DNA from: Candidatus Sigynarchaeum calidifontis
GTDB lineage: Archaea > Asgardarchaeota > Lokiarchaeia > Sigyniarchaeales > Sigyniarchaeaceae
Assembly: GCA_030587475.2 (NCBI GenBank)
Contig: JAUQYZ020000024.1
Span: 1 to 44,086 of the forward strand
DNA length: 44,086 nucleotides
Reading direction: 5' to 3'
Position numbers and translations under genes: made by a program. The number at the start of each line of letters is the position of its first letter. Within the stretch, counting starts at the first letter, position 1. This document shows positions 19,617 through 30,200 of the stretch, piece by piece. The notes beneath the pieces are model-generated. The model did not search any database, was not told where the DNA came from, and was given only the letters and a program-made list of their open reading frames with translations.

Positions 19617-20720
19617 ATGGTAAAATCGGTCGTCATCATAGGCATGGGTAGCCACGCGAACAGCTGGCTGCAGACGGTCAAGAAAAACCCGGACTTCAAG
19701 TTAACCGGCATCGTGGACATCGACACGGAGCTCATGGAGCACATGGGGCAGTTTGGACTCACGGAGAACGATTTTTTCGTCAGCATCGACGATTATGTTG
19801 AAGACAAAGGAAAACCAGATCTGGCAATCATCGTGACACCGATCAACACGCACCACGTGCTCGTGAAAGAGACCATGGACCACGGCATACACGTGATCTG
19901 TGAGAAGAACATGGCATCGACGATCTATCAAGGCAGGCAGATGGTACAGTGCGCGCTCGACCATCACGTACTGGCGACGGCTTTGGGACACCAGTATCGC
20001 TTTTTTTGGCATAACTGGCTCGCAAAGTGCTATATCCAAGAGCACAACGAGCTGGGTGAACTGGCCATGATCCGCTGGGCGGGTGCAGGCAACTGGGGCG
20101 AGAAACGCAAGGGTTGGCGCCGGTTCCTTCCTGAAGTCTATCTCGAGGACATGATGCCTCATTATTTCGATCTATTGCGTTACATTACTGGCCTTGACAT
20201 TGTTCAGGTCAAGTGCGACACGTTCATCCCCCGTTTCTCGCCATGGCAGGGCAGCTCCACCGCTTTCGCCAACCTTGCCCTCGCGCACCCGGATGATTAC
20301 AACCACCGGCACAACTGGGTCTGGGCGCAAGTATATGGCGATTGGCAATCCCGCGGCCCTAATACACCGGACAAGAATTACCAGCGATTCCTCTTTGCCA
20401 AGGGCGAGTTCAAGCTCGGCGGCGCTTGGCTCGAGATCACGAAGTACAAGGACGAGCAAGGCAGGGAATTCGAAAATGAGGGCTTTCTCGTCACCGACGC
20501 GGGTAACGATGGCATCGAGCACATGGGCACGCCCTATGAAGGCCAGGGCATCATTCTCGAGCAAGTCAGGCGTTGCATGGAATCAAAAGGCAAGAACCAG
20601 CCGCTCAACAGCTTTCCCCAGATCTTCAAGTCCTTCGCGGTCTCCATGGCTGCCATCGAATCGTCCCGCACGGGTAAATCAGTCTGGGTGCCCGACTACT
20701 GGAAGGACATGGGCATCTGA
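19617..20720 (+). CDS. Gfo/Idh/MocA family oxidoreductase
   Basis: IIGMG Rossmann start, VTP..TH, HVICEKN, DMMPHYFD. Confidence 0.92.
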   Translation: MVKSVVIIGMGSHANSWLQTVKKNPDFKLTGIVDIDTELMEHMGQFGLTENDFFVSIDDYVEDKGKPDLAIIVTPINTHHVLVKETMDHGIHVICEKNMASTIYQGRQMVQCALDHHVLATALGHQYRFFWHNWLAKCYIQEHNELGELAMIRWAGAGNWGEKRKGWRRFLPEVYLEDMMPHYFDLLRYITGLDIVQVKCDTFIPRFSPWQGSSTAFANLALAHPDDYNHRHNWVWAQVYGDWQSRGPNTPDKNYQRFLFAKGEFKLGGAWLEITKYKDEQGREFENEGFLVTDAGNDGIEHMGTPYEGQGIILEQVRRCMESKGKNQPLNSFPQIFKSFAVSMAAIESSRTGKSVWVPDYWKDMGI

Positions 20721-20820
20721 TTACTTGTCGTTCACTTTTCTTTTCTCCCATCTCGCGTGTCATGCTCGATCCAGCAGTCGCGCAAGCACCAAGAGCGTCG
20801 TACTGAAAAAAAGCATAGCG

Positions 20821-21093
20821 TCATTCCGGCGTGAAGAATAGCAAGAGCAAGAAGATGGTCATGCCGATGCAGCAAAGCATCGATATCACCTGCTGGCGGT
20901 TCTGCACCTTCTTGAACGAGCTGGCCATCTTCTGGACCGGGTCGATCTCGTCATCGGGAACAACCTTGAGGTCGGATAACGGTGACTCTGGGTCTAACGT
21001 GCCCGGTGGCAAGTTTTTCTTGTAAATGTTCTCTTGACCGCCGATTTCGCCGAGAACACGGCCTATCTTCGAAAACAGCTTCGATCCCGCCAT
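20821..21093 (-). CDS. Small tail-anchored membrane protein
   Basis: 90-aa ORF with C-terminal TM helix. Confidence 0.65.
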   Translation of the reverse strand: MAGSKLFSKIGRVLGEIGGQENIYKKNLPPGTLDPESPLSDLKVVPDDEIDPVQKMASSFKKVQNRQQVISMLCCIGMTIFLLLLFFTPE

Positions 21094-21224
21094 CGTGGAT
21101 ACCTTAACAATGAGAGGAGATTCGTTCTAATATATGTTTTTTCCCCTTGGTTTAACACGATCACGAGCACTTTCTTGCCAAGGATGACGCGCATTTGGAC
21201 TCACGCTCTTTCTACCTTAGATGA

Positions 21225-21250
21225 TCGAAAAGAAAGGAATAATGAAAAGA
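21225..21250 (-). terminator. Oligo-T terminator-like tract
   Basis: CTCTTTTCATTATTCCTTTCTTTT on the minus strand after the His-rich ORF. Confidence 0.45.
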
Positions 21251-21264
21251 GATCGAGCGAACGG

Positions 21265-21468
21265 TCACCCGGTCGTGTGATAATGCAAGCGCGTGTGGTG
21301 GATGTGGTGATGATAATAGCGGGGATATGCGACGTACGACAGCGGCCTCGACCGGATATACGACTCGATCCGTGGCTCCAGCCCGCCGATCACGACGGCC
21401 TGGATGGCCGGGATGGCGATGTATTTCCAATCGGCAAGCTTAATCCTTCTCTTTGATTGAGTCGTCAT
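21265..21468 (-). CDS. Small His/Tyr-rich protein (67 aa)
   Basis: GC-rich third codon positions, GGAAGG upstream, TTTAAA near 21545-21550, T-rich tract downstream; tail YYHHHIHHTRLHYHTTG. Confidence 0.6.
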   Translation of the reverse strand: MTTQSKRRIKLADWKYIAIPAIQAVVIGGLEPRIESYIRSRPLSYVAYPRYYHHHIHHTRLHYHTTG

Positions 21469-21789
21469 ATATTAATTCTTCCTTCCGATTGCCTTGCACG
21501 CCATCTATTCTTGCGATCACCTTGCCCGGTTGTTTTTCAATACATTTAAAGCCCGCTTAACCGCCGGAGCATACGATCGCGCGGGACGAAATGTTCTTTT
21601 TTGCTCGTGGATGGGCATAGCACCTGTATCCACGCGAGCGTTAGCGCGTGCTTGAATGATTACATCGCACATATTTAAAGTTGATATTGCGGGAGCATGA
21701 CATAATATTGACACAGTTATCGATGATGTTCGGAGCTTGGAGGGAAAGGATGGAAAGAACGAGTGAGAACGAATCATGCTTTGTCGGGA

Positions 21790-22551
21790 TCACGGCATGC
21801 CGAGGCCGCCATCCACGACGATTGTTTGCCCATCGATGTAACTCGAGTCCGGCGACGCGAGGAACAACGCCACGTGGGCGACTTCCTCGGCGGTGCCGGG
21901 CCGCTTCAAGACCGCATCTTGCGACCGTTTCTGGACATTCTCCATGGAACCGCCAGCTTTCACGTGAAAGTCCGTGGCGATGACACCCGGCGCGATTGCA
22001 TTCACGCGGATATCTGGACCGAAAGCATTCGCCATGGTCCGTGTCATCGCGACGATACCTTGCTTCGCCGCGTTGTAGTGCAAGGAGGGAGCCATCGAGG
22101 TCTCGCCGACCATACCCGCAACGCTTGCCATATTTATGATCACGCCTGCCTTCCGCGCGAGCATGTGCTTCGCGACGGCTTGCGTGACGAGGTAAGTGCC
22201 CTTCATTGATGTGTCCACGACCTCGTCCCATGTCGCCTCGTCAAGGTCGAGGATGGGCATGGTCCTGTTCAAGCCCGCGTTGTTGACGAGGACGTCGATG
22301 TGGCCAAAGTGCTCGATTGCTTTCTGTACCATCGTGTCGACCTCGCGCTTTTTCGTCACGTCTGCCTTGATCGCTATCGCTTTTCGGCCGAATCCCTCTA
22401 TCCGTTCAACGATAGCCTTGGCAGCCGCCTCGGACGAGTGGTAATGAACCACGATATCTGCCCCGCCTTCCTCGGCGAAGAGCAAGGCGATCGCCCGCCC
22501 GATGCCACCCGTTGCCCCCGTGATCAAGGCGGTTTTCCCGAGCAAGTCCAT
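21790..22551 (-). CDS. SDR family (FabG-like) oxidoreductase
   Basis: TGATGGIG, NNAG, YNAAK, VNAIAPG, VDGG. Confidence 0.95.
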   Translation of the reverse strand: MDLLGKTALITGATGGIGRAIALLFAEEGGADIVVHYHSSEAAAKAIVERIEGFGRKAIAIKADVTKKREVDTMVQKAIEHFGHIDVLVNNAGLNRTMPILDLDEATWDEVVDTSMKGTYLVTQAVAKHMLARKAGVIINMASVAGMVGETSMAPSLHYNAAKQGIVAMTRTMANAFGPDIRVNAIAPGVIATDFHVKAGGSMENVQKRSQDAVLKRPGTAEEVAHVALFLASPDSSYIDGQTIVVDGGLGMP

Positions 22552-22666
22552 CTCGCACATGTTCCTTACCATCTCTGATATCAACTGACATGCCCGTTCT
22601 ATTATCAAGGGGTTTTAACCATTTCGCAAAAAGATAATATGCGTTTTTAAGTACTGCCGCCGACAC

Positions 22667-23716
22667 ATGGAACACGCCATGAAACAAGGTCATGATTACT
22701 TCGGTTTCTCGCTCTGGCACGAACTGCTTGCGGGCAACGCGGATTGGATGAAAACAATGGAACTTGGCGACCCGCGCGAGTTCGATCCAGAGGTGGACGG
22801 GTGGAATGACATATTTTCAAGGCTGGCGAGCGTGCACGCGGAATCAGGACTCTCTGACGCGCTCGGTGCTTGCTTCCACGTCTCGAGCGATTTCGCCGCG
22901 ATGATGGTGGATCCTGGGTTTAACTTGCTCAAGACATTCATTTCGGCAAGAAAAAAATTCTCGGAGAAGATACCGTTCGAGCTCGGCATGCATTGCACGT
23001 TTGGCAAGGCGGATTTGCCCCTCGGAGGCAAGTACCCTGCGGTCTTGAAACGCGACCTCGAGCTGGCAGATACCGTCGGCGCTTGCTGCATCGTATGCCA
23101 CCCGCCGAAAGGTATCGAGAACCGCATGGAGCAATTTGCCGGCGAGCTAGCTTCCGAGCCGGTTATCGAGGTGATGACCCAGTCAAGCCCGAAAATCTTG
23201 CTCGCATGGGAGAACGCGGGCCCGGACTCGTTCTTCGGGTCGCTGGAACATTACCTCGAGTTCCGGAACTTGCTAGCAGACAAGCTAGCCGCGGCCGGGC
23301 AATCTACACTGCTGGAGCGCCACGTGTTCTGCCTCGACACGGGACATCTCCTCGTCTGGAAATACAAGGGCAAGAAGGGGAAGCGTGACGCACAAAAGGA
23401 GATAGAAGCAACACTTCCCTCCTTCGCGAAGCTGGTGAAAGTGTTCCATATCCATGCAAACGATGGAAAAAGCGACCAGCATCTCACGCCTGGTTCCTTT
23501 TATGATTTCGACCATCCGACGAGGAAATCAGTAAATAAAAAGAGATTCATCGCGTGCTCAAACGAGGTATTCGGCTTCATCGAGACGTGCGAGCTCAACA
23601 AGGGGATCGCGGGGCGCCACGTGCACGTAGAAGCCTTGAGACTGCCTTTCACCTTGAGGGCAATCAGCGAGTTTGGCCGGTCCTACTCAATATTATTATC
23701 CAGATTGGGACAATAA
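22667..23716 (+). CDS. TIM-barrel sugar-phosphate isomerase/AP-endonuclease-2-like protein
   Basis: VCHP, AWEN, CLDTGH, HIHANDGKSDQH metal ligands. Confidence 0.8.
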   Translation: MEHAMKQGHDYFGFSLWHELLAGNADWMKTMELGDPREFDPEVDGWNDIFSRLASVHAESGLSDALGACFHVSSDFAAMMVDPGFNLLKTFISARKKFSEKIPFELGMHCTFGKADLPLGGKYPAVLKRDLELADTVGACCIVCHPPKGIENRMEQFAGELASEPVIEVMTQSSPKILLAWENAGPDSFFGSLEHYLEFRNLLADKLAAAGQSTLLERHVFCLDTGHLLVWKYKGKKGKRDAQKEIEATLPSFAKLVKVFHIHANDGKSDQHLTPGSFYDFDHPTRKSVNKKRFIACSNEVFGFIETCELNKGIAGRHVHVEALRLPFTLRAISEFGRSYSILLSRLGQ

Positions 23717-23733
23717 TGACGCAGTGAGGGAAA

Positions 23734-24030
23734 ATGGATCTTTCCACGCAAGTCGACAAGATCGTGACAGTGACGGGCAAGATCTCGGACGTTCCTTGGC
23801 AGCATATCATTGCATCAATAAAAGAACACCCTTTTAGTTATTATTTCGACCTGGACGACAAGTACCAGATCGTCATCTACGCCAAGAAAAAAATCGAAGA
23901 GATTCGCCGCATCGCCGTCACTGGAAAGGTGATCCGTGTTGAAGGGGGCTCCAAGCGCCCAGGCGAAGCGAAAAGCGAACCCTATACTGAACACCACATC
24001 GTGGTGGACTCGTGGAAGCCGGTCTCGTGA
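23734..24030 (+). CDS. Hypothetical protein (possible OB-fold)
   Basis: SD GAGGG; beta-rich VTVTGKI...AVTGKV; co-oriented with neighbours. Confidence 0.7.
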   Translation: MDLSTQVDKIVTVTGKISDVPWQHIIASIKEHPFSYYFDLDDKYQIVIYAKKKIEEIRRIAVTGKVIRVEGGSKRPGEAKSEPYTEHHIVVDSWKPVS

Positions 24031-24045
24031 AAAGGTGAATGATAG

Positions 24046-25686
24046 ATGGGCATCCCGTTTAGATTCGAGGAATTCTTCAAGTGCGAGTCCCGGCGCTCGC
24101 CGGTGCTCGCGACGCGGGGCATCGTGGCATCGAGCCACCCGCTCGCCACACAAGCTGGCCTGGAGGTCATGCAAATGGGCGGGAATGCCGCCGACGCCGC
24201 GGTCGCGTGCGCCGCCGCGCTTAACGTCGTGGAACCCATGTCCACGGGCATCGGTGGCGACTGCTTTGCCTTGTTCTACGATGCAAAGCTGAAGAAAGTG
24301 CTCGGGATGAATGGCAGCGGTCGTGCCCCGAAAGGACTCACGATCGATGACGTGCGAAAAGCTGGTATCAAGGGATCCTCGATTCCCAGCTCCAGCCCGC
24401 ATTCGGTGACCGTGCCAGGCTGCGTCGCGGGCTGGGTCGATACCGTGGAACAGTTCGGTCGTCTCCCTCTCAAGGACGTGCTCGGTCCCGCCATCAAGCT
24501 CGCATATCGCGGCCACCCGGTTGCGCCACTCGTCGCCCTCGCCTGGAGCACGGGCTCGGGCAAGTTAAAACGCAGCCCGCACGGGGGGGAGATGCTCATC
24601 AACGGCGACGCGCCAGAGCCTGGGCAGATATTCAGGAACCGCTTTCTTTTCAAGGTATTGAACGCCATTGCCGAACATGGGAAAGCCGGTTTTTACGAGG
24701 GCTGGGTCGCAAAGGCCATCGTCGATACGCACCAGGCCGCGGGCGGAAAACTCACGCTCGATGACTTGAAAGAACACAAGAGCACGATGGAGACCCCAAT
24801 CACGGTCAAGTATCGCGGCATCGACGTGCATGAAATCCCCCCGAACGGCCAAGGCATCACCGCTCTCATCGCGTTGAACATTCTCGAAGGATTCGATCTC
24901 GCAAGCATGGATCCCGGCTCGCCAGAATACTATCACTTGCTCATCGAGAGCTTGCGCCTCGCTTTCGCTGACTCCCGGTGGTTCGTCGCTGACCCGGCCT
25001 TTACCAAGGTGCCGGTCGATGGCTTGATCTCCAAATCATACGCGGCCGAGCGCCGGAAGTTGATCGATCGCACGAAGGCCAAGATAGACGCGGTTCATGG
25101 TGCCCCCATGGCATCGTCGGACACGGTCTACCTCGCGACCGCCGACGGCGACGGCAACGCGTGCAGTTTCATCAATAGCAATTACGAGGCTTTCGGTTCT
25201 GGCATCGTGCCCGCCGGCACAGGTTTTGTCTTGCACAACCGGGGTTCGAATTTCATGCTTGACCCGGAACACCCCAACCGGCTCGAGCCAGGGAAGCGCC
25301 CCTATCACACGATCATCCCAGCCATGGCGACCAAGAACGGCGATCTGTGGGCCACGTTCGGCGTGATGGGAGGGTGGATGCAGCCGCAAGGTCACGTGCA
25401 GGTTTTGTTGCGGATGGTGGAACACGAGTACGATCCACAAGCAGCCCTCGATGCGCCACGATTCTGCATCGAGGGCGGGAACGCGGGTGGCGCGGTCCTG
25501 CTCGAGGAGAGCATCGCGGCCGCGACGCGGGAGCAGCTCGCGAAGATGGGGCATACAATAAAGATCGTCTCGGGATTCGGTCGCGCTGTCTTTGGACGCG
25601 GCCAGATCATCAGGCGCGACCCCGACTCGGGCGTGCTCTGGGCAGGATCCGACCCGCGCTCAGATGGCTGCGCGTTCGGGTACTGA
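24046..25686 (+). CDS. ggt: Gamma-glutamyltransferase family (Ntn hydrolase)
   Basis: GGNAADAA, GIGGDCF, PPNGQG, nucleophile D-T-VY, PGKRPYHT, GVMGG, SDPRSDG. Confidence 0.93.
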   Translation: MGIPFRFEEFFKCESRRSPVLATRGIVASSHPLATQAGLEVMQMGGNAADAAVACAAALNVVEPMSTGIGGDCFALFYDAKLKKVLGMNGSGRAPKGLTIDDVRKAGIKGSSIPSSSPHSVTVPGCVAGWVDTVEQFGRLPLKDVLGPAIKLAYRGHPVAPLVALAWSTGSGKLKRSPHGGEMLINGDAPEPGQIFRNRFLFKVLNAIAEHGKAGFYEGWVAKAIVDTHQAAGGKLTLDDLKEHKSTMETPITVKYRGIDVHEIPPNGQGITALIALNILEGFDLASMDPGSPEYYHLLIESLRLAFADSRWFVADPAFTKVPVDGLISKSYAAERRKLIDRTKAKIDAVHGAPMASSDTVYLATADGDGNACSFINSNYEAFGSGIVPAGTGFVLHNRGSNFMLDPEHPNRLEPGKRPYHTIIPAMATKNGDLWATFGVMGGWMQPQGHVQVLLRMVEHEYDPQAALDAPRFCIEGGNAGGAVLLEESIAAATREQLAKMGHTIKIVSGFGRAVFGRGQIIRRDPDSGVLWAGSDPRSDGCAFGY

Positions 25687-25701
25687 AAGCGGGCTTCGAT
25701 C

Positions 25702-27258
25702 ATGGATGTAGAGATCCCGGACTTGAATCTCGTGCCAACGGCGGCAGGGCGATCGGCGAATTACTGGTGCACCTGGGGCATCCAGAACGTGGCGTGGATG
25801 GAAAATCTCGACCGTGTGGAACCGCGGGAGATCGAGGGTGCAGCGGGGGCGGAAAAAGCACGGGCGAGCTTGAACGAGGCCCTCTTGCTTGGCGAGCAAG
25901 GCTGGGCACGGCGTTTCTTCCAGCACGCCAGGGGGGATCTATACCTCGTGCTCGATGATGGCTGGGACGCGCCGCCATCTGGCAGAATGATCGATCATCT
26001 CTCGTCCATGGTCTTGCACCCGGCCCGCTTCCCGTCCTACCAGCACGCTACACCCGCGCAGCGATTGCGGTCGTTGAACGACGCAGTCAAGGCAGCGGGC
26101 TGGCGTGGCATCGGTGTTTGGCTGCCCGCCAACGAGTCCGGGCCGTACATAGACGCGCACCCGGGCATGGAGCCCGAGGACTACTGGCGAGAGCGCTTGG
26201 AATGGTCCAAGGAAGCGGGCATCGAATACTGGAAGATAGATTGGGGATTCTTTTCGAAAAACCACGATTTTCGCCGCATGCTCACCAGGCTTGGTAGAGA
26301 GATCCACCCGGCCTTGATCATCGAGCATTCCGTCGGTTCAAGCATGTTCAACAACCCGGGCGGCCGCGTCGACCCGAAATGGCTCAAGGAAGTCGCGGAA
26401 CAAGCAACCTATTCAAGCGTCGTCAGGCTGTACGACGTTTCGACACAACTCGCCATCCCCACGATGCTCGACCGGGTGCAAGCTGTCTTGAACGCCACCC
26501 GGCGAGTGCCAGGCCATGATTGTTGGCTGAATGTAGAGGACGAGGCATACATCGGCGCCACCTTGGGCTGCACGTTCGGTATCATGCGTTATCCTCTGCT
26601 CGGCAAGCCGCGTTTTCCGCTGCCGGACATTGCACACGATGCCAACCGCCGCATCGTCGAGATCGAAAGGGCGATCAACTGGCAGCGCATCGCGCCCGCT
26701 TTCCCCGCTGGATTAGGCCGTGTCGTGACGAGCGACGACGTGTTGGTCGATTCTTACACCTTCAAGGAGGGAGAAACGTGGGACAAGAACGTGATCGGGA
26801 AAAAAGTGGAACAAGCAGCGCCAGCCGTCATCGCGAGAAACATAAGCTTGCCTCGCGTGAAAAAAACACGGGAGGGGGATGCGCCGTTCGTGGTGGCGGC
26901 AATAAATCCGAACGGAGCGATTTCCGTCGCGGCACTCGGACGGATGTCGGCGGAACGCGGGTTCCGATGCCCGCTTGCCGGGGTAGAGGTCGATCTCGAA
27001 GACATTTCGGGACCGATAGGTATCTTCGGAAGGTTCAAGGAGGTCGCGTTTTGTTGCAGTGCCCCGACCCGTGATCTTCGCTCGTGCACCTTCTGGGTGC
27101 AAGATCTTGCCGACACGGATGCCATGAACGCTACCTCGATGATCCTCGTGGAAAAAAACTTGATATGCATCACTGGCGGTCTGATCAACGAGGCCGGCTC
27201 CGTCGCGGCATTGCCCGGCGACGAGTCAGATCCCGCGCTCATCGTGTTCGTGGAATGA
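25702..27258 (+). CDS. Putative clan GH-D (GH27/GH36-like) glycoside hydrolase
   Basis: YWCTW, LVLDDGWD, YWKIDWG (KxD nucleophile), RLYD. Confidence 0.65.
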   Translation: MDVEIPDLNLVPTAAGRSANYWCTWGIQNVAWMENLDRVEPREIEGAAGAEKARASLNEALLLGEQGWARRFFQHARGDLYLVLDDGWDAPPSGRMIDHLSSMVLHPARFPSYQHATPAQRLRSLNDAVKAAGWRGIGVWLPANESGPYIDAHPGMEPEDYWRERLEWSKEAGIEYWKIDWGFFSKNHDFRRMLTRLGREIHPALIIEHSVGSSMFNNPGGRVDPKWLKEVAEQATYSSVVRLYDVSTQLAIPTMLDRVQAVLNATRRVPGHDCWLNVEDEAYIGATLGCTFGIMRYPLLGKPRFPLPDIAHDANRRIVEIERAINWQRIAPAFPAGLGRVVTSDDVLVDSYTFKEGETWDKNVIGKKVEQAAPAVIARNISLPRVKKTREGDAPFVVAAINPNGAISVAALGRMSAERGFRCPLAGVEVDLEDISGPIGIFGRFKEVAFCCSAPTRDLRSCTFWVQDLADTDAMNATSMILVEKNLICITGGLINEAGSVAALPGDESDPALIVFVE

Positions 27259-27267
27259 TCGATCCAT

Positions 27268-30200
27268 CTATTCTGCTCGAACAGGGATGGAAAACGAGAA
27301 TTTGCTGCCCCGGTTCCGGCCAGCAGATTCCGCCCATATCTTCCCGTGGTGCATGTCCACGATTTCCTTGGAGATGAACAAGCCGAGGCCGGTTCCTTGG
27401 ATGTCAATGTCTGCTTCCAGGCCCTTGCGCTCGATCTTGCCGAATTTCTTGAATATACGTGACATCTCCTCAGGCGTGAGACCGACACCCGTGTCCGTGA
27501 CGGAAAAATGAACTTGATCACCTTTTTGCGCGAGTTCTATCCGGATCGTGCCCCTGGGCGGCGTGTTCTTCACCGCGTTCGAGATCAAGTTCACGATCAC
27601 CTGCTCGATCCGGAACTTGTCCACCATCGCGTGGATATTTCTCGGAATGTCGAGCATGATCTCGTGCTGGCGCCGGTTGATCAAGTATGCGAGGTTCTGG
27701 ATGGATGCATGCACCATCTCGCCGATGTCAGCATCCTCGAGCTGCTGGAGCTGGAGACGGCCGGATTCGAGGCGGGAATAGTCGAGCAAGGTCTCGATGA
27801 GCTGCTTGAGCCGCGTGGAACCCTTCCGGATGCTGCCCAAGAACTCGATGCGCTTCGCGTCGGGAATGTCGCTGTAATACCTCGAGAGAAAATCGGTCGC
27901 GCCGATGATGATGGATAGCGGCGTTTTCAGCTCGTGCGTCGCGTTGAGCACGAATTCCTTGCGCATCTTGTCGATTTCCTTCAAGAGCAGGTTCTCGTTT
28001 TCCAGCAATCCCTCGATTTTCTTACGTTCGGAAATATCTCGCGAGATGGTGAGCAGCTTGAGGTTGCCGTCCTTGTCCTTGAACGTGTTCCCGATCGTCT
28101 CGTACCATCTCACCTCGCCAGAGGGCTGGTCGATTGCCCGATGCATGGTCACTGCATGTCCCTTCTGGAAGCACTCGGCTATGAATCGCTTCACTTTCTC
28201 GGCATCGTCTTGATGGACCAAAAAGCCTGCATCGCTGCCAAGGATCGAGGACGTGGACACCGCCGCGTGCTGCCGCATCCGGTTGATGTATTCGACCTTC
28301 CCTTGCTGGTTGATGATGGCTATGTTATCTTGGACGTTCTCCGTGATAAGATTCAACCGCTCGATGGACTCGATGAGCTTGGATTCGTTTTCTTTCTTGT
28401 CCTGGATGTCCCTGCCCACGAACAGCAAGCGGTTTTGAGCTTGCTCATCAGTGTAGGACGTTGCATCGATATCGAACCATATATATTTCCCGTCCTTGGT
28501 ACTGATGCGAATCTCATGCTTTTCATGGACACCGGGCTGTTTACGCAAGCGTTGGACGAATTCCAATATAACCGGAAGGTCATCTGGATGGATCAATGAA
28601 GGTTGGGCCCCGGCCGGCTTGGTGAACTTGTTGAATTCGGAGGCCAGAAAGCCCAGTTTCTTGAATAATGCACGTTCATTACAATACAGCAGGTTGAGTT
28701 CCGTGTCTAGCAAAATGATGATGTCGTTCACGTTTTCCGAGATGAGGCGGTACCGTTCTTCGGATTGCTTGAGTTTAAGGGATTGGAGTTTCCTCTCGTG
28801 GATGTCTCGGAAAATGCCGATGATTCTAATTTGTCCCACGAGGTCCGTGCTCGACGAGAACTCCGCGTTGAACCAGCGGTGGTGACCGTTCCGGTGCGCT
28901 ATTCTCAATTCTCGCTGCTGCGTGGACAATGGACGTGTCTTGACGTAATTGATCGCCGATAACAGCGCGATCACGTCCTCGGGATGAACGATATCGCTAA
29001 TGCGGTTTTTCGAAAACGCATCGACCCCAAGCTCGAGTTTTTTGAAAATCACTTGCTCGTTTGCATAGAGGATGTTGAGATTCTTGTCATAAAGGAACAC
29101 GAGATCGCTCGTGTTTTCGAGGAGCAATCGATATCGCTCCTCCGATTCCTTGAGCTTCAATTCTTGTTCTTTTCGTCCCTGGATATCCCGGCCAACGAGT
29201 AAAAGGCGCCTCGCTCCCCCTTCCTCGTTGAAACCAAGGCACTCGAAATCAAACCAGATGAAATTGTTCCCGGACTTGTGCTTTATACGGACTTCATTGT
29301 GGAGCATATTTCCTGGTTTCTCGATTGCAGCTCGCATCACATCACGGGTCATTGCTACGTCATCCGGATGTAACAGCGCATCAACCGTGATCGATTTAAT
29401 GTCTTGCGTCGTGTAACCGAGTATCTTGAGCAAGGATCCCTCGTTTACGTAATGTGTTGTTGCCTTTTCATCGAGAACAAAGATGAGATCGTTGGAATTC
29501 TCGCTGATGAGCCGGTATTTTTTCTCAGACTCGGCAAGCTTTAATTCTTGCTCTTTCTTCTCGTTGATATCCCTGGCCGTTAAAAGACCGCGCAAGTTGC
29601 CATTTGCATCGAAATAAGACGATGCCTCTATCCAGAACCACAAGGGTCGCCCGTCCTTGTGTAAAAACCGTATCTCGCCCTTGGCGTAGCCGGATCGCTT
29701 GCTCGTGACGTGTGCGATGATCTCCCGCATCCGTTCTTGATCATCACGATAAACAAGAGTGCTAATTGATTTCTGGGAAAGTTCCTTGTTAGTAATACCG
29801 AGTTTTTCTATGAGGGATTTTTCATTGCAAAACAAGAGATGCATCCTTTCGTCCAAAAGCGCCACTATGTCGCCAACGTGTTCGCTTATCAAACGGAATT
29901 TCTCTTCGGATTCGCGCAGCTCGCGCTCGGCTTTTTTTCGCTCCGTGATGTCGCGGACGATTGTAAGCACGGCGGGCACCCCATTATAAGTGATTATCGT
30001 GCCCGAAAACTCCAGGTCGATCTGACGGCCGCTCTTGTGTATGCCGACGGTTTCTATACGTCGCTGCGCGGGTTTCCCGGCCATCGCATCTTTCAGGTTC
30101 TGCAAAAGTCTGGGAATCTCGGAAGGATGGAGGATTAACTCGAGATCCTTGCCGATCAATTCCTCAGGGGAATATCCGCAAATCGCGCAATAAGCCTCGT

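Noticed and set aside
21265-21468. His-rich ORF as a his-operon attenuator leader
   Set aside because: The downstream gene is not a histidine biosynthesis/transport gene and the ORF is long for a leader.
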